Positions 52,530 to 62,695 are shown, counted from the first letter of the stretch. The stretch: 64,000 bases of DNA from Thermoanaerobaculia bacterium (GCA_038203955.1 JBBRDK010000002.1:17424-81423), one strand, 5' to 3'. Numbers and translations are program-made. The notes: a model not told the origin generated them from the letters alone.

Positions 52530-53981
52530 TCAGTACTTGCTCGGCACGCACCGGTGCAGAACGTCCAGCACGCTCTCGGGGGCGACGCCGATCACGAGCG
52601 TTCCGACCGCGCAGATGATGACGGCGGCGGTCAGCGCGTAGGAGACGGGAATCTTCGCGCTGACGCCGTCGGTGAAGAACATCGCCGCCGCGATCCGGAA
52701 GTAGTAGAAGAGGGAGACCGCGGAGGCGAGCACGGCAATGACGGCGAGCCAGGCGTAGCCCGCGTCCATCGCCGCGGTGAACAGGTAGTACTTGCCGATG
52801 AAGCCGGCGGTCGGAGGGATTCCCGCGAGCGAGAGCAGGAAGAGAAGCATGACGACCGCCGCCGGCATGTTGCGCTTCGCGAGACCGTTGAAGTCGGACA
52901 CCGACTCGGCCGCGTAACCCTTCGCCTCGAGGAAGATGATGAGCCCGAAGGCGCCGAAGTTCATGAGCGTGTATGCCAGCAGGTAGACCAGCACGCCCCA
53001 CATCCCGAACTTCGTCTGGAACCCGAGGACGCCCAGGAGCGCGTATCCCGCGTGGGCGATCGACGAGTACGCAAACATCCGCTTGACGTTCGTCTGTAGC
53101 AGCGCGGCGAGGTTTCCCCAGATCATGGTCGCTGCCGCGACGAGGGCCACGATCAATCCCCAGTCGGCCTGGAACTTCGGGAACGCGACGTAGAAGATGC
53201 GCGCGAAGATCGCGTAAGCGGCGACCTTGGGCCCGACGGAGAAGAACGCGGTCACCGGCGTCGGCGAGCCCTCGTAGACGTCCGGAGTCCAGAGATGGAA
53301 CGGGACGGCCGCGATCTTGAAGAGCAGCCCCGCCAGAATCATGAGGATCCCGAGGACGATGGCGTTCGTCCGCTGCATGCCCGTGTAGAGCTGCGCGAGG
53401 TCGGCGAGGCCCATCTTCCCGCCGAGACCGTAGACGAGAGAGAGGCCGTAGAGGAGAACGGCCGACGAGAACGCGCCGAGGATGAAGTACTTGAGCGCCG
53501 CCTCCGTCGACTTGATCTCTCCCTTGAAGTATCCGGCCAGCACGTACGAAGCCAGCGCCATGAGCTCGAGGGCGACGTAGATGGAAATGAGATTGCTCCC
53601 GGACGCCATGAAGAACATCCCGACGCCGGAGAACAGGACCAGCGCGTAGTACTCGCCTCCCGGGTAGGGCGCTTCGCCGACGAACCGCACGGACGCGAGG
53701 ACGGTCAGCACCATCGCCAGCAGCACGAGAAACTTGAAGAAGAGGGCGAAGTTGTCGACCACGAACATGCCGCCGAGAATCGGGCCGTGGGCCCGCTCGG
53801 GCATCGTGGAGACGAAGACGAGCAGCACCCCGGTCACCCCGAGCATCAGCACCGAGAGGAACCCGAAGAGCTCTTCCTTCGCCTTCCCGACGAAGACGCT
53901 CGACGCCAGCAGGATCATCCCCGCGGCGGTCAAGAACAGCTCCGGCGAGAGCAGGAGCCAGTCGGTGGCCTGAACCTTCAC
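52530..53981 (-). CDS. nuoN: NADH-quinone oxidoreductase subunit N
   Basis: 483 aa, 14 TM, NuoN family; GTG start overlaps the nuoM stop (GTGA). Confidence 0.85.
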   Translation of the reverse strand: MKVQATDWLLLSPELFLTAAGMILLASSVFVGKAKEELFGFLSVLMLGVTGVLLVFVSTMPERAHGPILGGMFVVDNFALFFKFLVLLAMVLTVLASVRFVGEAPYPGGEYYALVLFSGVGMFFMASGSNLISIYVALELMALASYVLAGYFKGEIKSTEAALKYFILGAFSSAVLLYGLSLVYGLGGKMGLADLAQLYTGMQRTNAIVLGILMILAGLLFKIAAVPFHLWTPDVYEGSPTPVTAFFSVGPKVAAYAIFARIFYVAFPKFQADWGLIVALVAAATMIWGNLAALLQTNVKRMFAYSSIAHAGYALLGVLGFQTKFGMWGVLVYLLAYTLMNFGAFGLIIFLEAKGYAAESVSDFNGLAKRNMPAAVVMLLFLLSLAGIPPTAGFIGKYYLFTAAMDAGYAWLAVIAVLASAVSLFYYFRIAAAMFFTDGVSAKIPVSYALTAAVIICAVGTLVIGVAPESVLDVLHRCVPSKY

Positions 53982-55606
53982 CGGACCGCCGCTGCCGGGG
54001 CGGCGGGCGCCAGTTCCCCCGACGCCGCCGGGATCCCCGTTCCCGGCGCGCCCGCGTACGCCGGAGGAGTCATCGTCGCGCCTCCGACCGAGCGCACGAT
54101 GTTCTCGGAGGGAACCCGCAGGACGTCGAAGAACGGCTTCGGATAGAGGCCAATCCAGAGAGCGAGAACGACAAGCGGCGCCAGCGTCAGCTGCTCCCGA
54201 AAGGAGAGGTCGGGAAGCTTCGCGTTGGCCGGATTGGAGAGCTCTCCGAAGAAGACGCGCTGGTAGAGCCAGAGGAGGTACGCGGCTCCGAGCACGATGC
54301 CGGTGCAGGCGAAGAGAGCCCACCAGAAATTCTTCGCGAACGCTCCCTGCAGGATCGAGAACTCCCCGATGAATCCGTTCAAGAGAGGAAGGCCCATCGA
54401 CGAGAGCGCCATGATCAGGAAGTACGTGGCGTAGATCGGCATCTGCCGGGCGAGGCCGCCGTACTCGGCGATCATGCGCGTGTGCCGGCGCTCGTAGACC
54501 ACGCCGACTAAGAGGAAGAGGGCGCCCGTCGAGATGCCGTGGTTGATCATCTGCAGGACGCCGCCCTGCACGCCCGCCATGTTGAGCGCGAAGATCCCGA
54601 GCATCACGAACCCGAGATGCGACACCGAGGAGTACGCGATCAGCTTCTTCATGTCCTTCTGGACGAGAGTGACCATGGCGCCGTACACGATGCCGACGAT
54701 CGCGAGGAACACCATCGTCCCTATCACCCACGGCGTCTTCACGGCCTCCGGGAACATCGGCAGGGAGAACCGGACGAAGCCGTACGTGCCCATCTTCAGC
54801 AGGACCGCGGCGAGGATCACGGACCCCGCGGTCGGCGCCTCGGTGTGGGCGTCCGGCAGCCAGGTGTGGAACGGGAACATGGGCACCTTGATCGCGAACC
54901 CGAAGAAGAACGCGAAGAAGAGCCACACCTGGAGCTCCGGCGGCATCGCCGCGGCCACCGCGGTCAGCTTCGGAACGGAGAACGTCGCGGCGTGTCCGAG
55001 GCCCTTGTACCCGAGGAAGCCCGTGGTGTTGTAGAAATAGAGAGCGATGATGCCGAGCAGCATCAGCACCGACCCCGCCAGCGTGTACAGGAAGAACTTG
55101 ATCGCCGCGTAGAGCCGTCGCTGTCCTCCCCACACGCCGATCAGGAAGTACATCGGCACCAGCATGATTTCCCAGAACACGTAGAACAGGAAGAAGTCGA
55201 GGCAGCAGAACGTGCCGATCATGAACGTCTGCAGGAGGAGCAGGAGGATGTAGTACTCCTTCTGCCGCTCCGCGATCGCCGAGTAGGACGAATAGATCGC
55301 GATCACCCCGATCAACGTGGTCAGGAGGATCAGAAGCAGGGTGATTCCGTCGATCCCGAAGTGATAGTCGACTCCGAGAGACGGGATCCACGAAATGCGC
55401 TCGACGAACTGATACCCGGCCTTCGCGCGGTCGAAGGAGAACCAGAGCGGGAGCGAGACCGCAAAGTCGAGAGCGGCGACGGCCGTCGCGAACGCCTTGA
55501 TCGCTCCCGTTTTTTCCTTCGGGATCAGGAACATGATGATCAGCGCGCCGGCGAGCGGAATGTACGCGATCATCGAGAGAAGCGGCAGCTGTTGCAGTGT
55601 GTTCAT
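53978..55606 (-). CDS. nuoM: NADH-quinone oxidoreductase subunit M
   Basis: 542 aa; antiporter-like subunit signature (HTWLPDAH, LIAYSSVSHLG). Confidence 0.9.
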   Translation of the reverse strand: MNTLQQLPLLSMIAYIPLAGALIIMFLIPKEKTGAIKAFATAVAALDFAVSLPLWFSFDRAKAGYQFVERISWIPSLGVDYHFGIDGITLLLILLTTLIGVIAIYSSYSAIAERQKEYYILLLLLQTFMIGTFCCLDFFLFYVFWEIMLVPMYFLIGVWGGQRRLYAAIKFFLYTLAGSVLMLLGIIALYFYNTTGFLGYKGLGHAATFSVPKLTAVAAAMPPELQVWLFFAFFFGFAIKVPMFPFHTWLPDAHTEAPTAGSVILAAVLLKMGTYGFVRFSLPMFPEAVKTPWVIGTMVFLAIVGIVYGAMVTLVQKDMKKLIAYSSVSHLGFVMLGIFALNMAGVQGGVLQMINHGISTGALFLLVGVVYERRHTRMIAEYGGLARQMPIYATYFLIMALSSMGLPLLNGFIGEFSILQGAFAKNFWWALFACTGIVLGAAYLLWLYQRVFFGELSNPANAKLPDLSFREQLTLAPLVVLALWIGLYPKPFFDVLRVPSENIVRSVGGATMTPPAYAGAPGTGIPAASGELAPAAPAAAVR

Positions 55607-55608
55607 GC

Positions 55609-55648
55609 GTTCAGTTCTCAGTCATCCGTTTTCAGTTCTCAGTTTCCG
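55609..55648. repeat. heptamer array (TTCAGTT / TCTCAGT)
   Basis: gttcagttctcagtcatccgttttcagttctcagtttcc between nuoL and nuoM. Confidence 0.85.
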
Positions 55649-55654
55649 TTCGCG

Positions 55655-57877
55655 TCACCGGAAGAGCAGGTACACGGCGACGAGGCAGAAGAGCCCGCCG
55701 CCCATCACGAGGGCGTAGTTCTGAACGCGGCCGGTCTGCGCGCGCCGGAAGCCGCGGAAACCGGCCTGGAGCGTGTTCGCGACGCCGTTGACGAGGCCGT
55801 CCACCACGTACTGGTCGAAGAAGGAAGACAGCCACGAAAGCCCGACGGTCACGTGGCGCGCGCCGTTGACCGCTCCATCGATGACGGTGGCGTCGAAGTC
55901 CCAGAGGAAACGGCCGCCGCCCTTGGCGAGTCCCTGGACGAAGACCGAGTCGTAGGCCTCGTCCACGTAGTACTTGTTGGACACGGCCCGATACACTCCG
56001 GGGAACCGGGCGGCGATGCGTGCCGGTACCGCTCCCTCTCCCTTCGCGTACCAGACGTAAGCGATGGCGAGGCCGATCGCCGCCGCCGCCACGGAGGCCG
56101 CCATCAGGAGGGCTTCGGTCGACGCCGCCGCTTCGTGCGCCGCCGTATGCGCGCCCGCGCCGGCGAGAGGCAGCAGGATCGAATGGAGAAACGCCCCGAT
56201 CCGGTCCCCGCCGCGCACCATCGGAATCCCGACGTAGCCACCCACGACCGACAGGAACGCGAGGACGATCAGGGGGACGGTCATCGAGCGGGGAGATTCA
56301 TGGATCTGCGCCTCCTGCTCGGTTCCGCCGCGGAATTTTCCCCAGAAGGTCAGGGAGACGACCCGCAGCATGTAGAACGCGGTCAGGCCCGCCGTGAAGA
56401 GCGCCGCCGCCCAGAGCACTCGGCCGAGCCACGGGGCGCTCTCGAAGTGCGCCTCGAAAGCCGCGGCGAGGATCGCGTCCTTGGAGAAGAACCCGGCCAG
56501 AAGCGGCACTCCCGCGATCGCCAGCGTCGCGACGAGGAAAGTCCGGTACGTCACGGGTATCTTCGACGCGAGCCCGCCCATCTTGCGGATATCCTGCTCT
56601 CCCCCGAGCGCGTGGATGACGGATCCGGATCCTAAGAAGAGGCAGGCCTTGAAGAACGCGTGCGTCATCACGTGGAACATGCCGGCGACGAAGGCGCCGA
56701 CCCCGCAGGCGAGAAACATGTATCCCAGCTGCGACACGGTCGAGTAGGCGAGCACCTTCTTGATGTCGTTCTGAGCGATGCCGATCGTCGCGGCGAACAG
56801 CGCGGTGAATCCGCCAATCGCCGCGACGACCAGAAGGGCGTCGGGCGAGAGGCGGAAGAGGACGTTGCAGCGCGCGACCATGTACACGCCCGCCGTCACC
56901 ATCGTCGCCGCGTGGATCAGCGCCGAGACAGGCGTCGGGCCCGCCATGGCGTCCGGCAGCCAGACATAGAGCGGAAACTGGGCGGACTTGCCGCACGCGC
57001 CGACGAAGAGGCAGAGGCAGACCAGGGTCAGGTAGGGAGCGTACGCGGCCGGATGCGCGGCCGCCGCCGGGAAGACCTTGCCGAAGTCGAGCGAGCCGAA
57101 GAGGCTGAAGATTCCGAAGATCCCGAGGATGAAGCCGAAGTCTCCGATCCGGTTGACGACGAAGGCCTTCTTGCCCGCATCCGCGGCGGCGTCCCGATCG
57201 TAGAAGTAGCCGATCAGGAGGTACGAGCAGAGGCCGACTCCTTCCCAGCCCACGAAGAGCATCAGGAAGTTCGCGCCCAGCACGAGCAGCAGCATCGAGA
57301 ACATGAAGAGGTTGAGATAGGCGAAGTAGCGCCCGTAGCCCTCCTCGTGCCCCATGTACCCGACGGAGTAGACGTGGATCAGGAAGCCGACGAACGTGAC
57401 GAACGCGATCATCAGCGCCGACAGCGAATCGAGGCGGAACGCGGCGTCTACGAACCACTCACCGGCCGGGCCGTGCACCTGTCCGACGGCCTGGTTCACG
57501 CCGAGCGGCAGCCAGCGGTAGAGAGTCACGACGTGGGCCGCACCCTCCGAGAGGCGGGCGATGCCGACGTCGAAGATCGCGAGAAAAGCGAAGACGCAGG
57601 CGAGACCGACCGAAACGGTTCCGACGACCGTGTGGACCGTCTTGAACGGAATCGGCGAGTGCCCGGCCGGGTCGTGCGCGGGCGACGCGGCGTGCGTGTG
57701 AGCGGGATTCTCGCCGTGCACGGAAGGAGCGGGGGCCCCGGCAGGAGCCGGCGCGCCGTGCGACCCGTGAGCGTCGGCCGCCTCCCCCCGGGTGCGATGG
57801 GAGACCAGGTACAGAACCCCGTTGACGAGGAATCCCGCCAGCGGAAAGAGGGGCACGAGCCAGAGCAGGTCCTTCAA
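55655..57877 (-). CDS. nuoL: NADH-quinone oxidoreductase subunit L (with ~50-aa His/Pro/Ala-rich insertion after TM1)
   Basis: 740 aa; NuoL N-terminus MKDLLWLVPLFPLAGFLVNG; insertion HRTRGEAADAHGSHGAPAPAGAPAPSVHGENPAHTHAASPAHDPAGHSP; long C-terminal amphipathic helix region. Confidence 0.85.
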   Translation of the reverse strand: MKDLLWLVPLFPLAGFLVNGVLYLVSHRTRGEAADAHGSHGAPAPAGAPAPSVHGENPAHTHAASPAHDPAGHSPIPFKTVHTVVGTVSVGLACVFAFLAIFDVGIARLSEGAAHVVTLYRWLPLGVNQAVGQVHGPAGEWFVDAAFRLDSLSALMIAFVTFVGFLIHVYSVGYMGHEEGYGRYFAYLNLFMFSMLLLVLGANFLMLFVGWEGVGLCSYLLIGYFYDRDAAADAGKKAFVVNRIGDFGFILGIFGIFSLFGSLDFGKVFPAAAAHPAAYAPYLTLVCLCLFVGACGKSAQFPLYVWLPDAMAGPTPVSALIHAATMVTAGVYMVARCNVLFRLSPDALLVVAAIGGFTALFAATIGIAQNDIKKVLAYSTVSQLGYMFLACGVGAFVAGMFHVMTHAFFKACLFLGSGSVIHALGGEQDIRKMGGLASKIPVTYRTFLVATLAIAGVPLLAGFFSKDAILAAAFEAHFESAPWLGRVLWAAALFTAGLTAFYMLRVVSLTFWGKFRGGTEQEAQIHESPRSMTVPLIVLAFLSVVGGYVGIPMVRGGDRIGAFLHSILLPLAGAGAHTAAHEAAASTEALLMAASVAAAAIGLAIAYVWYAKGEGAVPARIAARFPGVYRAVSNKYYVDEAYDSVFVQGLAKGGGRFLWDFDATVIDGAVNGARHVTVGLSWLSSFFDQYVVDGLVNGVANTLQAGFRGFRRAQTGRVQNYALVMGGGLFCLVAVYLLFR

Positions 57878-57881
57878 GACG

Positions 57882-58187
57882 TCAGCCCTTCATCGTGTTC
57901 GCCTCTTCCACGTTCAGCGTCTTACGCTGGCGGAAGAGAGAGATGGTGAGCGCGAGGCCGATGGCGGCCTCACCGGCGGCGATCGTGATGACGAACACCG
58001 AGAAGACCTGGCCCGTCAGGTCCGAGAGCCTGCGGGAAAATGCGATGAAGTTGATGTTCACGGCGTTCAACATCAGCTCGATCGACATGAGCACGGTCAG
58101 AAAATTGCGGCGCACGAGCACGCCGAAGAACCCGATCGCGAAGAGGAGGAACGACAGGATGAGGAAATGGTTGATGGTGATTGTCAT
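57882..58187 (-). CDS. nuoK: NADH-quinone oxidoreductase subunit K
   Basis: 101 aa, 3 TM, conserved Glu residues (SIELMLNA, AAGEAAIGLAL). Confidence 0.9.
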   Translation of the reverse strand: MTITINHFLILSFLLFAIGFFGVLVRRNFLTVLMSIELMLNAVNINFIAFSRRLSDLTGQVFSVFVITIAAGEAAIGLALTISLFRQRKTLNVEEANTMKG

Positions 58188-58207
58188 GGGCGCCTCTCGC
58201 GGAGAGG

Positions 58208-58312
58208 CGCTGGGCGCTGGGCGCTGCGCAGCGGGCGCCGGGCGCCGGGCGCTGGGCGCTGGGCGAACGTCGAACGCCCCCGCCTAGCGCCTCCCGCCTC
58301 ACGCCTCACGCC
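58208..58312. repeat. GC-rich heptamer arrays (GCTGGGC/GCCGGGC)x8 followed by (CGCCTCA)x3
   Basis: ggcGCTGGGCGCTGGGCGCTGCGCAGCGGGCGCCGGGCGCCGGGCGCTGGGCGCTGGGCg...cgcctcccgcctcacgcctcacgcc; inside the nuo operon between nuoK and nuoJ. Confidence 0.9.
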
Positions 58313-58320
58313 CTCTTTCA

Positions 58321-58890
58321 TCAATCCACCTTCTCGAAGGAGCGTTTGCCGAGGACGACCGCGCCGATCATGGCGACGAGCAGGAACACCGACGCGACTT
58401 CGAAGGGCAGAAGGTAGTCGCGGAACATCAGCCAGGAGACGGCCTCCGTGTTGCCGACCACGCGCCCGGCGACGGCGCGGAAGGCGTCGGGATTGCGGGC
58501 GATGTCGGTGAACTTCTCGGTGCCGAGGATGTAGAGGAACGGGATAAGGAATACGGGCAGCAGGAGCAGCGCGATGTCCCACTGGTGCTGGAACGCCGGC
58601 GTGCCGGCCGCCGTGCGCTGGTGCACGAGCATGATCACGAAGAGAAACAGCACCATGATCCCGCCGGCGTAGACGAGGATCTGGACCGCGCCGACGAACT
58701 CCGCCTCCTCCAGGATGAAGACGCACGCGACCAGGAGGAACGACGCCAGCAGGAAGAGCGCCGAGTGGACCGGGTTCTTCGACCAGACGACCGCGATCGC
58801 GGTGCCGAGGATGAGCAGGGCGAAGCCGATGAACAGCCACCCGCCAACTCCCGTCAGGAGCGCGCTGCCCGCCGCCTCCGCCGCTCCCAT
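58321..58890 (-). CDS. nuoJ: NADH-quinone oxidoreductase subunit J
   Basis: 189 aa; NuoJ family TM pattern; ATG overlaps the nuoI stop (TGATG). Confidence 0.8.
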   Translation of the reverse strand: MGAAEAAGSALLTGVGGWLFIGFALLILGTAIAVVWSKNPVHSALFLLASFLLVACVFILEEAEFVGAVQILVYAGGIMVLFLFVIMLVHQRTAAGTPAFQHQWDIALLLLPVFLIPFLYILGTEKFTDIARNPDAFRAVAGRVVGNTEAVSWLMFRDYLLPFEVASVFLLVAMIGAVVLGKRSFEKVD

Positions 58891-59372
58891 CAGCCCTGCT
58901 CCATCACGGTGAAGGGCTTGACGTTCGGCGCCTCCTGCCAGTCTGTGAGCTTGCGGATGTCGAGGTACAGCGAGTCGTTGCGGTCGTACGACGCCATCTC
59001 GTAGGTCTTCGTCGTCAGCCAGATCGACTTGGGAACCGTCGGGCACGCCTCCTCGCAGAGCTGGCAGAACATGCACCGCTTCAGGTCCACGTCGAAGCGG
59101 TCGAGGACCTTGACGCCCTTGCCCGCCTCGTTCTTTTCATTGTGCCAGTCGATGTAGATGATGTTGATCGGACACTCGATCGCGCAGAGCGTGCACTTGA
59201 TGCAGCGCTCCTCGTCCAGGCGGAACATCCCGCGGAACCGATCCGACGGGATCTTCTTCTGCTCCGGGTACTGGATCGTCACCTTCTTGCCGAAGAGGTG
59301 CCGTCCCGTGACCCCGAGCCCGTCGAAGAGATCGAGGAGGGTCAGCTTGTCGAGCCACTTCTTGAGAGCCAT
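58890..59372 (-). CDS. nuoI: NADH-quinone oxidoreductase subunit I (2x[4Fe-4S])
   Basis: CIKCTLCAIECP and CMFCQLCEEACP motifs; 160 aa. Confidence 0.95.
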   Translation of the reverse strand: MALKKWLDKLTLLDLFDGLGVTGRHLFGKKVTIQYPEQKKIPSDRFRGMFRLDEERCIKCTLCAIECPINIIYIDWHNEKNEAGKGVKVLDRFDVDLKRCMFCQLCEEACPTVPKSIWLTTKTYEMASYDRNDSLYLDIRKLTDWQEAPNVKPFTVMEQG

Positions 59373-59401
59373 GGGACCTTTTCCTCTTCTCTTCTATGCC
59401 T

Positions 59402-60588
59402 TCAAGCCTTCAAAGCCGACTGCCGCGTGCCCGCCGGCTCGGACGCCAGCCGGTCGCGGCGGGCGAGACCCTGGCGCAGCTTCGCCAGGAAGAACATGAG
59501 CAGGAACAGCGCGCCGAAGATCCACCCGAGCCGCACGAGCCCGTCGGTGCGTCCGGGGGTCCACAGAATCGCGAGCGCGACGATCACGATGTTGACGAGC
59601 GAGAGGGGGATCATCCACTTCCAGCCGAGAGCCATCAGCTGATCGAATCGGTATCGCGGAAACGTGGATCGGAACCAGATGTAGCAGAAGATGAAGAACC
59701 CGACCTTCGCCAGGAACCACACGAAGGGCGGGACGATGTGGAGGAACGACAGCGCCTTGACGTGGCCGAAAGGCGGCAGCCAGCCGCCGAAGAACACGGT
59801 GACGGCCACGCACGAGATGATGATCATCGCCGCGTATTCGCCCAGGAAGAAGAAGGCGAACTTCACCCCCGAGTACTCCGTGTTGAACCCGGACACGAGC
59901 TCGGACTCCGCCTCCGGCAGGTCGAAGGGGTTGCGGTTGGTCTCGGCCACCCCCGACACGAAATAGAGAAAGAAGGAGAGAAGGCCGGGGAAGACGAACC
60001 AGAGCTGCATCCGGTCCTGCCGCATGACGATCTCGACGAGCGAGAGCGACCGCGTCATCAGGAGCACCGCGACGAGGGAAAGCCCCATCGGGACCTCGTA
60101 GGACACGAGCTGCGCGGCCGACCGAAGGCCGCCGAGCATCGAGTACTTGTTGTTGGAGGCCCAGCCGCCGAGGATGATCCCGTACACGCCGATCGAGGTG
60201 ATCGCGAGCAGGAACAGAAGCCCGATGTTGATGTCGGCGACCCAGAGCGGGGTCGAGACGTGCCGCGCCAGCCGGACCGACGGGCCCATCGGGATGACCG
60301 CCAGCGCGGTGAGCGCCGGGATGACCGCCAGCACGGGCGCTAAGAAATGAACGAACTTCTCCGCCCGCGCGGGCGTCACGTCCTCCTTCGTCACGAGCTT
60401 CAGGAGATCGGCGAGCCCCTGAAGCGTGCCCTTGGGCCCGACGCGGTTGGGCCCGAGCCGCACCTGCATGAAGCCCATGATCCGGCGCTCGGCGAGCACG
60501 ATGACGAACCCGACGATCGCGGGAACGACGGCCACGATCAGCAGCACCTTCACGTAGGTCAGGAAGGTGGGCGTGAGGATTTTCATGC
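59402..60588 (-). CDS. nuoH: NADH-quinone oxidoreductase subunit H
   Basis: VLAERRIMGFMQVRLGPNRVGP... NuoH signature; ATG is the internal MKILTPTF. Confidence 0.9.
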
Positions 60589-60602
60589 GTGACCCCCGGG
60601 GC

Positions 60603-60742
60603 CGGGAATCGGGAATCGGGAGCCAAGCGACCAACGGGAGCGAGACGGCCGCGGTACGCCGCGGTCAACTAGATCGGGAATCGAAAAGGCGGGACGCCCC
60701 GGGATTCCCTCGTTTCCCGTTTCCCGTTTTCCGTTTTCCGTC
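60603..60742. repeat. heptamer arrays (GGGAATC)x3 and (CGTTTYC)x4 in the nuoD-nuoH spacer
   Basis: gGGAATCGGGAATCGGGAGCC ... cgtttcccgttttccgttttccgtcc. Confidence 0.85.
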
Positions 60743-60746
60743 CTCC

Positions 60747-61985
60747 TCACCTGTCCACCTCGCCCAGCACGATGTCGATCGTGCCGATCAGGGCAACGAG
60801 GTCTGAGATCAGGTGGCCCTTCGCCATCTTGGGCAGGGCCTGCAGGTTGATGAACGAGGGCGGACGGCAGTGCATCCGATAGGGCCGGTTGCTGCCGTTC
60901 GAGACGCAGTAGAAGCCGAGCTCGCCCTTCGGCGACTCGATCGACGCGTAGACTTCCTCGGCGGGCGGCTTGATCACGCGCGGGACCTTCCCGCGGATCT
61001 CTCCGGGCTCGAGCCGGTCCAGGCACTGGCGAAGGATGCGCACGCTCTGCCGCATCTCCTGGACGCGGACGATGTACCGGTCGTACGTGTCTCCGTTCTG
61101 CCGCGTCGGGACGGCGAAGTCGAGCTCGTCGTAGCACTCGTAGGGCTGCGCCCGCCGCAGGTCCCACTCGATCCCGGACGCGCGGATCAGGGGCCCGGTC
61201 AGGCCGTACTCGACGCACTCCGCGGCGGTCAGCACGCCGATCCCGACCGTCCGCCGCTTCCAGATCCGGTTGTCGGTGAGCAGCTGCTCGTAGTCGTCGA
61301 TGCGCCCTGGGAGGTCGTCGACGAACTCCAGGAGCCGCTCGACCCACCCGGCCGTCAGGTCGAACGGAAGGCCGCCGATCCGCATGCAGTTCAAGGTCAG
61401 GCGCGCGCCGCAATACTCCTCGAAGAAGTCCAGGATCTGCTCGCGCTCCCGGAACGCGTACCAGAAGGGCGTCACCGCCCCGAGGTCGATGCCGGACGTG
61501 CCGAGCCAGACGAGATGGCTCGAGAGACGCTGGAGCTCGTCCAGAATCACCCGGATCAGCTGAGCCCGCCGCGGGACCTCGACGTCGATGAGCTTCTCGA
61601 TCGTCAGGCAGAACGCGTGGTTGTTCGTCGCCGCCGCCACGTAGTCCATGCGGTCGGTGTGCGGAATTCCCATCGGGTACGTCTCGGTCTCGAAGAGCTT
61701 CTCGGTCCCGCGGTGCAGGAATCCGACGTCGGGGAGCGCCTCCAGGATCTTCTCGCCGTCGACCTTCAGCACGATCCGGAGGACGCCGTGCGTCGAGGGA
61801 TGCTGGGGCCCGAAGTTGAGCTCCATCTCCTGCACGTCGAAGAGCGTCGGAGGCTCTCCCGGCGCCGGGGGCGTGTCCCCCTGGGAGAGCGGCCTCGCGA
61901 CGCCGGCCGCTGCCGCGCGCTCCGCGAAGTGCGCGGCTTCGTCGCGCTCGGCCTGAGAGAGCTTCTCGTCAACCATGAGAAACAC
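60747..61985 (-). CDS. nuoD: NADH-quinone oxidoreductase subunit D (49 kDa)
   Basis: NuoD signature throughout (GPQHPSTHGVLR, ...HRGTEKL...); followed directly by nuoH, with no nuoE/F/G. Confidence 0.9.
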   Translation of the reverse strand: MFLMVDEKLSQAERDEAAHFAERAAAAGVARPLSQGDTPPAPGEPPTLFDVQEMELNFGPQHPSTHGVLRIVLKVDGEKILEALPDVGFLHRGTEKLFETETYPMGIPHTDRMDYVAAATNNHAFCLTIEKLIDVEVPRRAQLIRVILDELQRLSSHLVWLGTSGIDLGAVTPFWYAFREREQILDFFEEYCGARLTLNCMRIGGLPFDLTAGWVERLLEFVDDLPGRIDDYEQLLTDNRIWKRRTVGIGVLTAAECVEYGLTGPLIRASGIEWDLRRAQPYECYDELDFAVPTRQNGDTYDRYIVRVQEMRQSVRILRQCLDRLEPGEIRGKVPRVIKPPAEEVYASIESPKGELGFYCVSNGSNRPYRMHCRPPSFINLQALPKMAKGHLISDLVALIGTIDIVLGEVDR

Positions 61986-61987
61986 TC

Positions 61988-62070
61988 GGGAAACGGGAAA
62001 CGGGAAACGGGAAACGAAGGGAATCGAACCGCATGGGCGTTTTACGTTTTACGCTTTCCGTTTCCCGACC
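61988..62070. repeat. heptamer arrays (GGGAAAC)x4 and (CGTTTTA)x2-3 in the nuoC-nuoD spacer
   Basis: cGGGAAACGGGAAACGGGAAACGGGAAACgaagggaatcgaacc...CGTTTTACGTTTTACGCTTTCCGTTTCCC; the two halves are partly complementary. Confidence 0.9.
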
Positions 62071-62078
62071 TCGTTCCC

Positions 62079-62687
62079 TCACGACACCACCTTGCGATTG
62101 GGATCGCTGGCGCCCGGGCCGCCGCCTTCCGGCCATTCTTCCGGGTAGATCGCGGCGCCCGTGTCGATCCCTTCGAGGGGAAAGTCCTTGCGCAGCGGGT
62201 GGCCGTGGAACCCCTCCCAGGTCAGGATCCGGCGAAGGTCCGGGTGCCCCGAGAAGCGGATCCCGAACATGTCGAATGTCTCCCGCTCGCACCAGTTCGC
62301 CGCGAGATAGACGCGCGCGATCGAAGGGACGTCTTCGCCCTCGGCCGCGCCGCATTTGACGCGGATTCGGTCGTTCTTCGAGAAGGAGTAGAAGTGGTAG
62401 ACGACGTCGAAGCGCGGCGCGCGCTCCTTCCAGTCCACCGCCGTAACGTCGACGCAGTAAGCGAAGTCCTCGGCCTGCTTCAGGTGCCGGGCGACGTCGG
62501 CGATCTTCTCGCGGGCGACCGTCACCGTCACCTGGCCCGCGAATTTCTTGGAGGCGAGCACGGCGCCCGGGACGCCCGCGGAAAGAGATACGACCCACGG
62601 ATGGCTCGCCGCGTCCGCCGCGACCAGCTTCGGCTTCGCAACTTCTTTGGCACCGGTCGTGGCCGGGGGCGTGATCTCCTCGGCCAT
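62079..62687 (-). CDS. nuoC: NADH-quinone oxidoreductase subunit C (30 kDa)
   Basis: [22 protein letters not shown] NuoC signature; ATG is the internal MAEEITPP. Confidence 0.85.
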   Translation of the reverse strand: MAEEITPPATTGAKEVAKPKLVAADAASHPWVVSLSAGVPGAVLASKKFAGQVTVTVAREKIADVARHLKQAEDFAYCVDVTAVDWKERAPRFDVVYHFYSFSKNDRIRVKCGAAEGEDVPSIARVYLAANWCERETFDMFGIRFSGHPDLRRILTWEGFHGHPLRKDFPLEGIDTGAAIYPEEWPEGGGPGASDPNRKVVS

Positions 62688-62695
62688 GCGATGGT

